Shown one piece after another: positions 8,336 through 17,200 of a DNA stretch of 20,000 nt; positions within the stretch are counted from its first letter, which is position 1; every line of letters starts with the position of its first letter. The position numbers and the translations under genes are program-made. The stretch comes from an uncultured virus (IMG/VR IMGVR_UViG_3300046168_000066). Lineage: Duplodnaviria; Heunggongvirae; Uroviricota; Caudoviricetes. The DNA is taken from IMG/VR virus record IMGVR_UViG_3300046168_000066, one strand, 5' to 3'. The notes beneath the pieces were generated by a model that was given only the letters and a program-made list of their open reading frames with translations, made no database searches and was not told the DNA's origin.

Positions 8336-9491
8336 ATGAATAAAAAACTATTTACTTCAGAAAGTGTATCAAGTGGTCATCCCGACAAAGTATGCGACCA
8401 AATATCAGATGCAGTTCTTGACGCATTTTTGACACAAGATGCAAATGCAAGAGTTGCGTGTGAAACATTTGCGACAACAGGATTAGTTGTTGTTGGTGGT
8501 GAAATCACCGCAGATGGTTGGGTAAACTTTCAAGAAATTGCACGAAATGTGCTATCTGACATTGGATACACCGATGAAAAATACGGAATAAGTGCAAGTG
8601 GATGCTCTGTGTTGTTTACAGTTGATCGTCAAAGTGCTGATATTGCATTGGGAGTCAATGAAGGTGAAGGTGAGCATAAAGAAGCAGGAGCAGGTGACCA
8701 AGGACTTATGTTCGGATATGCTTGCAACGAAACACCTGAACTTATGCCATTGCCTATTATGTTGTCGCATCAAATTATCAAAAAAGTAGAAGAAGCACGA
8801 CATTCCAAGAGCATTCCTTATCTTCGTCCAGATGCAAAATCACAAGTTACGGTGGAATACGATGAAAACGATAAACCTATCCGTGTAGATACAATTGTGT
8901 TATCAACTCAGCATGACGAAGACGTAACTCAAGAAACAATCAAAGCAGATATCGAAGAACTTATTCGTGAAGTTGTAAATGAAAAGTATTTAATAGATAC
9001 CAAGTTTCATATCAATCCAACAGGTCAATTCATTATCGGTGGACCGCACGGAGATACAGGTCTTACTGGTCGTAAAATCATCGTTGATACTTACGGAGGA
9101 ATGGCAAGACACGGAGGAGGAGCATTTAGTGGTAAAGACCCAACAAAAGTAGATAGAAGTGCGGCCTTACATGGCACGACACGTTGCTAAAACAATTGTA
9201 GCAAGTGGGATAGCAGAAAAATGCGAAGTTCAACTTGCTTATGCTATCGGAGTTGCAGAACCTGTAAGTGTTCGTGTTGATACATTCCAAACAAGCAAGA
9301 TCGCCGAGACCAACATTGAAAATGCAGTAACTCAGAATTTTGATTTAACTCCAAATGGAATCATTGAGTTTCTTGGATTGAGAAAACCTATTTATCGCAA
9401 AACTTCTTATCACGGGCACTTTGGAAGAAACGATGTTTCGTGGGAAATGGTTGATGAAAATAAAAAGCAAATTTTTGCGGAACTTAAATAA
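8336..9491 (+). CDS. metK: S-adenosylmethionine synthetase, ~384 aa, split by one extra base at about 9165-9168
   Basis: [41 protein letters not shown] and [16 protein letters not shown]. Removing one base from gcggccttac restores the conserved DRSAAYMAR and joins ORFs 8336..9190 and 9159..9491. Confidence 0.95.
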
Positions 9492-9492
9492 A

Positions 9493-9939
9493 ATGGCAGA
9501 CGAAAAAGAAAAAGTATTATTGTACGATGCGATTGATTCAAGCATTCTAAAAAGCATTCCAAATCCAAGCAAAGAACCTTACGAAATCAAAGTAAAAGTT
9601 CCTGAGTTTACATTTCTTGGTGTGAACGAACAACCAGATTTCGGTGTGCTTTACATCACAATTTATCCAACCAAGAAAATCATTGAACTTAAAAGTTTAA
9701 AGCAATACACTTATCAGTTGCGTAATATCGTTGTATCTTATGAACGACTTATCAATGTTGTGTATGATCATTTAATGGAAGTGTATTCTCCTGATCGTTT
9801 GCGTTTAGTTTTAAAAAGCAATCCAAGAGGTGGAATCAGTAGTCGTTTGGTTATCGATAGTGATTGGTCAGCAAGAGGTGGTGAAGAAAAATATCGTGAC
9901 TGGGGATCAACTGACGATTCTTGGGAAGTAACTATGTAG
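9493..9939 (+). CDS. queF: QueF-like T-fold protein (preQ0 reductase homologue) lacking the catalytic cysteine, 148 aa
   Basis: PEFTFLGVNEQPDF, QueF motif ELKSLKQY, SYE and PRGGI. ATG at 9493, 1 nt after the metK stop, is preferred to the TTG at 9421. Confidence 0.8.
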   Translation: MADEKEKVLLYDAIDSSILKSIPNPSKEPYEIKVKVPEFTFLGVNEQPDFGVLYITIYPTKKIIELKSLKQYTYQLRNIVVSYERLINVVYDHLMEVYSPDRLRLVLKSNPRGGISSRLVIDSDWSARGGEEKYRDWGSTDDSWEVTM

Positions 9940-9949
9940 GAGATGTTTC

Positions 9950-10870
9950 TTGGTCAATGAATATTTGGTCATTAATCCTACGAATGGTTTAGGAAATCGT
10001 GTAAGATCACTTGCTTCATTTGCAGTTCTTGCTGATGAATTAAAATTGCCTTTATTTGTGCATTGGAGCAAAAGTAGTGGATTTGATGACACATCTATAT
10101 CAGAACTTTTCAAAACAGATGATATAAACTTCATTGATACTCACACTTGGAATGATATAAAGTCAAAGTCGTTTTCAATATCAGATCACATTGAAGGTGT
10201 ATGTGAAAATCACATTGATTCTGTGTACAAAGATAAACGGGTTCATTATATCAATAAAGTTTTAACCGGAGGGTTCAAGCAAATGACTGCAACGTCATCA
10301 AATTTATTGTCGTGGGCATTTGGCATTTATGAAGTTGACAAGCACATCAAAAATTTTAGTGGGAAATACAAAACACAATTAAGCAAATTGAAACCAAGTG
10401 ATAAAGTGATTAACGCAGCTCAAAGCACTCTTGATACTTTTTCAAAAAATATCATCGGAGTTCACATTCGTCAAGGAGATGCAACTTCACATAAAAACCA
10501 ATGGAGCAAAATGTATTCAGATAAAACATTAATTGCAATTAATGATCATTTTGATAAAACAAACACTCAAATATTTTTATGCACAGACGATCAAAAAACA
10601 TTGAATCAAATGCTAAACCGATATGGTAACAGAATAATTCATTATACAAAAACATTCGTTGATAGTTTATACGGAGAAACAAAAAAAGGTCAATTTGATG
10701 CAATGGTTGAATTGTATTTACTTTCACAAACAAATAAAATACTTGCAACAAGTCCAAGTTCGTTTGCAAAACTAGCAGCCGATTGGAGCAACAAAAACTA
10801 CTTTTCAACTCAACCAATTATTTTAGCAACTGGTAATCCAAAAAAGATGATTCAAATTTTACAAAGTTAA
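9950..10870 (+). CDS. Fucosyltransferase-like GT-B protein (NodZ/GT23/O-FucT type)
   Basis: GLGNR, IGVHIRQGD, IFLCTDD and AMVELYLLS...SSF motifs. TTG start lies 7 nt after AGGAG (9938-9942). Confidence 0.8.
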   Translation: MVNEYLVINPTNGLGNRVRSLASFAVLADELKLPLFVHWSKSSGFDDTSISELFKTDDINFIDTHTWNDIKSKSFSISDHIEGVCENHIDSVYKDKRVHYINKVLTGGFKQMTATSSNLLSWAFGIYEVDKHIKNFSGKYKTQLSKLKPSDKVINAAQSTLDTFSKNIIGVHIRQGDATSHKNQWSKMYSDKTLIAINDHFDKTNTQIFLCTDDQKTLNQMLNRYGNRIIHYTKTFVDSLYGETKKGQFDAMVELYLLSQTNKILATSPSSFAKLAADWSNKNYFSTQPIILATGNPKKMIQILQS

Positions 10871-10881
10871 TATATTTTAAT

Positions 10882-11661
10882 ATGTATTGTTTGATGGGTG
10901 ATGCAGAAAATATTATATTGTTTCCGTACTGGTGTGAAAAAGAACTTGAACGATTCAAGTTGATTGGAATGAATTGGAAAAAACTTACACACACAAACTT
11001 GAAATTGAGATTTGTGTTTGTTGGTAGATGGGATTGTAACAATATTGATATTAAAAAATATTCAAAGGTATTTGAAAAGTATGGAGTTGTATCGCACGTA
11101 GTTTTATCAACTCCACAATCACTCTCCCGTAAACCAACACGACACGATTTTGCCAAGCATATGTTTGTAAAAACAATGAAATACATAAACCGGTTTTCTA
11201 AAAGCAATGATGGAGGATTTGTGCTATGGATGGAATCGGATGTTATGTTTTTGAAAAATCAATGGTTGAACAAACTTTATGATGAATGGAGCAAGCAAAA
11301 AAATACTTTGTTGATGGGTCATTTAGTTTCGTACAAAAATGATACAGACCAAATTAAACGAAATTTTCCAAATCATATAAACGGAGTTGCTTGTTATGCA
11401 AAAAATATAATTGAGTATATTCCTGAAAATACATTTTATACTTCATACAGATCATTTGATGTTATTGTTTATAATCATTTGGTGAAAAGTAAATTAACGA
11501 ATCGAATTATATGCTCAGAACAATGGAAGCATCAATTAGACTTTGATTGTAATGAAGTTGAATTTGATGAAGTTGATTCCGATAAAATAATTTTACACGG
11601 ATGCAAAAGCAACAAAACTTTCAATAAACTTTTGAATGCACAAATCAAGGATACTGTGTGA
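10882..11661 (+). CDS. Putative GT-A-fold glycosyltransferase-like protein
   Basis: VLWMESD (ExD variant of DxD), HINGVACY, SFDV and a late ILHG. Lies between two GT genes. Confidence 0.5.
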   Translation: MYCLMGDAENIILFPYWCEKELERFKLIGMNWKKLTHTNLKLRFVFVGRWDCNNIDIKKYSKVFEKYGVVSHVVLSTPQSLSRKPTRHDFAKHMFVKTMKYINRFSKSNDGGFVLWMESDVMFLKNQWLNKLYDEWSKQKNTLLMGHLVSYKNDTDQIKRNFPNHINGVACYAKNIIEYIPENTFYTSYRSFDVIVYNHLVKSKLTNRIICSEQWKHQLDFDCNEVEFDEVDSDKIILHGCKSNKTFNKLLNAQIKDTV

Positions 11662-12395
11662 AACTATCATTTTTGACTGCTTGTATGGATCGTCTTCATC
11701 ATTTGAAGGAAACTTATTTGTATAATATTTCTCAAAGTAAATCTATTTCCAAGTGCGATGTTGAGTTTGTTCTGTTGAACTATAATTCAAGTGACGATAT
11801 AGACGAGTGGGTGAAACTAAACACACAAAATTTAGACATTGAATTCAAGTATCTCAAATTAGAAAATGCAAAGTATTATTCTCCGTCTATTGCAAAAAAC
11901 ATACTTGGAAAAAATGCAACTGGTGATTTGATGTGTTGGTTGGATGCGGATAATTATACAGAAAATGGATTTGTTAAATTTGTTGAGAATTCTTTTAGTG
12001 ATAATTTTGATCAGATTATGAAAGTAACCTGGAGTCAAGCAAACGCAGGTACAATTGGACGGATAGTGTGTTCTAAAGCAAATTTTATGAAAATCCGTGG
12101 TTATGATGAATCGTTTGTTGGTTGGGGATACGAAGATGTTGACTTTATTGACAGATTATCAAGATTCGGATTATCGCATATAGAAATACCTTCACAATTT
12201 TTAAGAAAAATTGATCACGGAGAAACCGAACGGATTTGTAATTATGATTCCAAGTATACAACAAAAATACCAAAGCATCATAAAAATCATATTATGAAAT
12301 ACGAATCAAATTTATTGAACTTTAACAAAAGTAAACAAAACTTAAAAAACAATAAACTTATTGCGAATTTGAAACCTGGATGGGGAGTTATATAA
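11658..12395 (+). CDS. GT2/GT7-like glycosyltransferase
   Basis: TACMDRLHHL, WLDADNY (DxD) and IRGYDESFVGWGYEDVD (WGxED). GTGA overlap with the upstream gene. Confidence 0.85.
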   Translation: MKLSFLTACMDRLHHLKETYLYNISQSKSISKCDVEFVLLNYNSSDDIDEWVKLNTQNLDIEFKYLKLENAKYYSPSIAKNILGKNATGDLMCWLDADNYTENGFVKFVENSFSDNFDQIMKVTWSQANAGTIGRIVCSKANFMKIRGYDESFVGWGYEDVDFIDRLSRFGLSHIEIPSQFLRKIDHGETERICNYDSKYTTKIPKHHKNHIMKYESNLLNFNKSKQNLKNNKLIANLKPGWGVI

Positions 12396-12419
12396 AATTA
12401 TAAAAACTCTCATTGTTGA

Positions 12420-12426
12420 TATTTAT
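12420..12426 (+). promoter_or_regulatory. TATTTAT motif, candidate phage promoter
   Basis: 7 nt before ATG 12434, with no SD. Confidence 0.4.
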
Positions 12427-12433
12427 TATAACA

Positions 12434-12970
12434 ATGGGAGCATCATCAAAAGATAAAGGAAATGCGTGGGAACTTGAAGTAGCAAAATTTCTTGAAGAGC
12501 ATTTCGAAGGCAAGTTCAGCAGAGTACCACGATCCGGTGCAATGTTTGGTGGAGAAAATGCGGAAAATGCTGAAGGTGAACGTTCTGACGTAGTTGAAAT
12601 ACTTTCAGGAGATATTATTACACCAAAAGACTTTCCATTTACGATTGAAGCAAAGCATTATGATGATTTTAAGTTCTCACATTTACTTCAAGGTGAAAAC
12701 AAGTTGCTTGATGGATGGTTGGTTGATGTTCAAAAAGATGCGGAACTTGCAAAACGTTTGCCTATGATAATGTGCAAATTCAGTTATATAGGAAGTTATG
12801 TGGTGTTTGATTATAGAATAGTCAAAACCAACGATGGAATTTGTCCAAGCACTTATTTTGAAAATCATTTGATATACAAACGCAAATGGATGATGATTTC
12901 GTTTGATGAGTTTGTAAACGTTAAAAATGTCATCGTTGATATGGCAAGATTAAAACTAAGGAATTCATAA
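12434..12970 (+). CDS. PD-(D/E)xK nuclease / Holliday junction resolvase-like (phage T5 D14-like)
   Basis: SKDKGNAWELEVAK, RVPRSGA, SGDI and TIEAK. ATG at 12434 preferred to the TTG at 12413. Confidence 0.8.
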   Translation: MGASSKDKGNAWELEVAKFLEEHFEGKFSRVPRSGAMFGGENAENAEGERSDVVEILSGDIITPKDFPFTIEAKHYDDFKFSHLLQGENKLLDGWLVDVQKDAELAKRLPMIMCKFSYIGSYVVFDYRIVKTNDGICPSTYFENHLIYKRKWMMISFDEFVNVKNVIVDMARLKLRNS

Positions 12971-13096
12971 GTGAAAGAAAAACTGCTTATGCTTCTTTTT
13001 TATTTTTATATGTTGCTCGGAGGTTTAATAATGGTTGGGTTCGTTGGCAATTTTATTTATGTTTGTTGTGCAAAATTATGGGAATGGATAAACTAA
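12971..13096 (+). CDS. Small membrane protein, 41 aa (absent from ORF track)
   Basis: GTG directly after the upstream stop. Translates as MKEKLLMLLFYFYMLLGGLIMVGFVGNFIYVCCAKLWEWIN, with one long hydrophobic segment. Confidence 0.55.
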   Translation: MKEKLLMLLFYFYMLLGGLIMVGFVGNFIYVCCAKLWEWIN

Positions 13097-13230
13097 AAAC
13101 ATTTCTTAAATATTCGGTGTACACAATCTCAGTTATTGTGCTTGGTTTTTTGTTTTGGTATGTTCTTGCTTACGCAATAACGATGCTCAGATTTTATGAA
13201 GGATTTACTGAAATTCTTTCATTTTTATAA
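13084..13230 (+). CDS. Small membrane protein, 48 aa (absent from ORF track)
   Basis: MDKLKTFLKYSVYTISVIVLGFLFWYVLAYAITMLRFYEGFTEILSFL: basic N-terminus plus a TM helix. Overlaps the previous ORF by 13 nt. Confidence 0.6.
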   Translation: MDKLKTFLKYSVYTISVIVLGFLFWYVLAYAITMLRFYEGFTEILSFL

Positions 13231-13265
13231 TTATAAAAACTAATATATATCATAGTTATTATAAT

Positions 13266-13748
13266 ATGAAGAAAGTATTATTTATTGGAAACGGAGATAT
13301 GTACCGCAGTAAATTTGCGGAAGCATATTTTAATAATTTAGGCAAGTTAGAGTGTTTGTTTATGTTGAACACTCACGGATTGGGACGTTATCCCAGTTCA
13401 AGGTATCCGGCGGCATATAGTACAAACATTGAGTTAACTGATCCTGTTGAATTAAATGAGTTTTCAAAACAAGTATGTGATAGTTACTTGATGTTCGGAA
13501 ATGATTGTTATTCAAAAGAACACACCAACATAACAGACGAAGATTTTTCACATTGTGACATAATAGTTGTAGTAAGTGAAAAAGAACAAAAAGATTTTAT
13601 GATGAAAAACTATGAAAAATATGCAGACAAAATGCAGTTCTGGAACATCAAAAAAGTGACAGGTGACGAAAAAGTAAAAAAGAAAGTCGCAACAAAAATT
13701 AGAAATAAAGTAAAAGAACTTTATGAGAATGTAACAAAAAAGAAATAA
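13266..13748 (+). CDS. LMW protein-tyrosine-phosphatase/ArsC-fold protein with degenerate active site
   Basis: MKKVLFIGNGDMYRSKFAEAYF aligns to VLFvCxgNxCRSxmAE. Later ITDEDFSHCDIIVVV and FWNI...IRNKVKEL fit the fold. Confidence 0.75.
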   Translation: MKKVLFIGNGDMYRSKFAEAYFNNLGKLECLFMLNTHGLGRYPSSRYPAAYSTNIELTDPVELNEFSKQVCDSYLMFGNDCYSKEHTNITDEDFSHCDIIVVVSEKEQKDFMMKNYEKYADKMQFWNIKKVTGDEKVKKKVATKIRNKVKELYENVTKKK

Positions 13749-13754
13749 ATACAT

Positions 13755-13761
13755 TATTTAT
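13755..13761 (+). promoter_or_regulatory. TATTTAT motif, candidate phage promoter
   Basis: 9 nt before ATG 13771. Confidence 0.4.
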
Positions 13762-13770
13762 TATATTGAG

Positions 13771-14223
13771 ATGGTGATAGATAGAGAGATAACAAACATT
13801 CGGGCATTCGATAATCGGAATGCTGACCAAAGAATAGTAGTAAACTATTCTTCAGTTGCGCTTTCAGATCAACATAATACTTGGAGTGTCGTTGATAAGT
13901 TTTATGTGTATAGTTACAATGACAATCTTTCTGAATCATCTGAATTTTACATAAAAGTAGATGAATGCGAAATCATTACATCTGATGGAGAAAAAACAAA
14001 CAAAATGGAAACATCTTGGTTTTCGGTGGAAAAAATCGGAGACATTGGTCAACGAGAAATTTTGTTTGAAACTAAAGACGATAAATTTAAAATGCTGTTT
14101 GAGCATCGTAATAAATCATTACGGGTTATTAAAAATAGTTACTTGATACAAAACATAAAAGGATCAATGTTCAAACGGAATCACGTGAAATTAAATTCAC
14201 TTGAATACATAGAATACATTTAA
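13771..14223 (+). CDS. Hypothetical protein
   Basis: 150-aa ORF, co-oriented, preceded by TATTTAT. No family recognised. Confidence 0.6.
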   Translation: MVIDREITNIRAFDNRNADQRIVVNYSSVALSDQHNTWSVVDKFYVYSYNDNLSESSEFYIKVDECEIITSDGEKTNKMETSWFSVEKIGDIGQREILFETKDDKFKMLFEHRNKSLRVIKNSYLIQNIKGSMFKRNHVKLNSLEYIEYI

Positions 14224-14247
14224 TTAACATTACTGGAGATATTAAAA

Positions 14248-17200
14248 ATGGCTGATGGAAAAAAAATTAGTGAACTGACGGAAACAAATTCATTGACAGA
14301 TAACGATGAATTTCTTGTGGTAAACAAAGAAATAACAAACGGAACAAATGCGGGTTCTGGAGGACAAACGAGTATCATTAAGTTTAGTGATCTCAAAACA
14401 CAAATTGGTTCTCAAGGAGAAAAAGGAGACGATGGACTTGCTGGTCCTGATGGTAAAAATGCGTATGATCTTTGGTTAGACGAAGGCAACACAGGAAGTC
14501 TTACCGATTTCTTTGATTCGTTCAAAGGACAAGATGGTACGGCAGGTGCTCCTGGTCCTGCTGGTGCTGATGGAGTTGATGGAGCTCAAGGTCCTGCGGG
14601 GTCCTGCGGGTGATTCTGGATTCACAATGGACAATGACGGAAAACTTACATTAGGTGATGCGAATGTTGGTATAGGTAATTTTAGTGGAGCATCTCCTGA
14701 AGCAACTATGCACATTCGCCACGCAACTCCCACAGTTCGTTTGACAGACGTTGCTTCACCGGGTACATCAGACTACCTTATTACGAACGATAATGATAAA
14801 CTAACAATCGGTACTGATCCGGGTGGAGATGTAATGACTTTTAGTGGTCCTAATGTAGGAATTGGCAATTCTGCACCTGATCATATTTTAACGATATCTT
14901 CTGAAGGAAATCACGGTGGTCTCAGAATGGTGGGTAGTGCTGGTAACGATAATCATATCCGATATGATTATCCGTCTAGTCAAACGAAATACTGGTTAGC
15001 AGGATGTGACTCAACTGGATCGTTGGCCAACGATTTTTTAATTTGGAATTCAGAAAGAGATAAAGTGGATTTCATCGCAAACCATGATACTGGTTACGTC
15101 GGAATCGGTGGTGCGATGTCTCCAATAGCAAAAATGCACGTACTTGGTAGTACTGCAATTGAAGCAGGTCGTCTTGATTTTTATCCTAACGAGGAAACAG
15201 GTACTTACGTTGAAATCGTAAATCGTGGTAAAATGTTAGACAATAAAACCGGAGGTGCAGGGTAACGCAAAAGGAATTAAGTTTTGGGCAGATAGTGGCC
15301 AAGGAAATCCTGATGTTACAATTGAACCAAATATACTTAGAGTTGACGGTACTGTTGAAGCAACAAACTTTACATTAGATGGAAAAGCATTTTCATCAAC
15401 CGATTTGAAAGGACCTGCTGGACCCACAGGACCTGCCGGAACAAGTGGAACAAATGGAACAGACGGATCAGACGGAGAAGATGGTAATTCAAATGCTCAT
15501 CTTGATTTACAGTATTCTTCAAATATTTCAATTGATGCTGACGGTCAAGGAATGAGCAAAGTCGGAGGATCAAATGGATGGAATGCTCACGTATATTCTA
15601 ATGTTTCATACAATTCTGGTTGTGTACTTGGTTTTATTCCAAATGTAAAAAATAATCCAACTATGCTTGGTATCAATACAGACCCAGGAACAAATACAAA
15701 TTGGAATACACTTGATCATGCGTGGTATATTCAAGGTGATGGTAATTGTAGTATTTATGAAAGTGGTTCAAAAATTGGAAGTACCATAGGTAGTTTTGCA
15801 GTTGGTGATGTTTTCACAATTACATACGACAATAACGTTGTTAGGTATTTCCAAAAAGGTGTACTTAAAAGAAGTGTAACAATTGGAAGTGGAAAAACAT
15901 TTCACTTTGATTCATCATTCCACAACACAGCATCAACTCGGGTTACTCGTATGGTTTCATTTGCTCCAATGGGTGCAGTTGGAACAAAAGGTGATAAAGG
16001 TGATAAAGGTGATCGTGGTCTCACAGGACCAACCGGAACAGTCGGTGCATCAGGACCTGCTGGACCACAAGGTGTTCAAGGTCAATCTGGACAACCAGTT
16101 GAAGTAACTTCACCTGTATCAAGATGGGATGCTTCTTCTTGGTCAACCGGTGGAACTCTTAACGCAATTATTGGTGACAAACCAATTTATCTTGGTGGAG
16201 AAGAAGGAAACTTCGGAGAATCTTCAACAATTCGTATGGATGGATCACGTGGTAAAGTATTTAATTTGCCACCACGTGGAAAACGTAGAAGTGGCAACGG
16301 AAACTTCATTCAAGCAGGTGATGTCCATGATAATATTTTTATGAGTGGAAACTTTACCATTTCAATGTGGGTAAGACCACGTGCATATCTTACCACAACG
16401 GGAAGTGCTAGTAATTTGAAATCATCACCTGGTGCATATATGTCTAAGTGGTATACACAAAATACAAACGGAACAAACAATTCGTTTATTATTTACTCAA
16501 ATGGTCAGTTTTATAGTGCGTATTCTCATAGTAGTACATTTCAAAATACAAGTGATTATCCAAAGTTAAACGAATGGACTCACTTGTCGTATGTATTAAG
16601 TGGTGGTAATTTAACTGTATACAAAAATGGTAAACAAGTTCCGTTGAAGTTTAATTTACTTTCTTCTGCTGGAAATAAAACTCCAAAACACTTGTTTAAT
16701 AATTCAAGTTATCCACTTGAAGTTGGTTCAATTCGTAGAAACGGAGGATATACACTTGATGGTATGGTTGATGATATTCGTATTTTTGACAAACCTTTGT
16801 CTGCGGGTGAAGTTTGGTTTACATACAATGGTGTAGGTGGTGGAGGACTTGTTGGTCCTCAAGGACCACAAGGTACGAAGGGAGCAACCGGATCATCTGG
16901 ACCAAGAGGTCAAGCAGGACCGACTGGACCAAGAGGTATACCTGGTCCAGCAGGAAGCAACGGAAATGTTGGTCCAACTGGTCCTAAAGGTGCAACGGGT
17001 GCTAAAGGTGATAAAGGTGATTCCGGTACAAGTCATGTTGTTAATTATGCTTCAAACAGAAATTGGGGAATTGGTAATAATGTAGCACTCGGAGCATCAG
17101 AACCCGCATCGGGTGGAAATTTTACTTCCAACGGAGCTGCATCTGAAAACAATATTCATTGGGACATCGGTCCATTTGGTCGTAGAACGAAAATTTGGAA

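Noticed and set aside
8336..9491. metK as two genes or a pseudogene
   Set aside because: A single extra base interrupts the conserved DRSAAYMAR and all other motifs are intact, so error is more likely than decay.
9421..9492. N-terminal extension of the QueF-like ORF from the TTG at 9421
   Set aside because: It overlaps the metK 3' end by 71 nt; the ATG at 9493 fits better.
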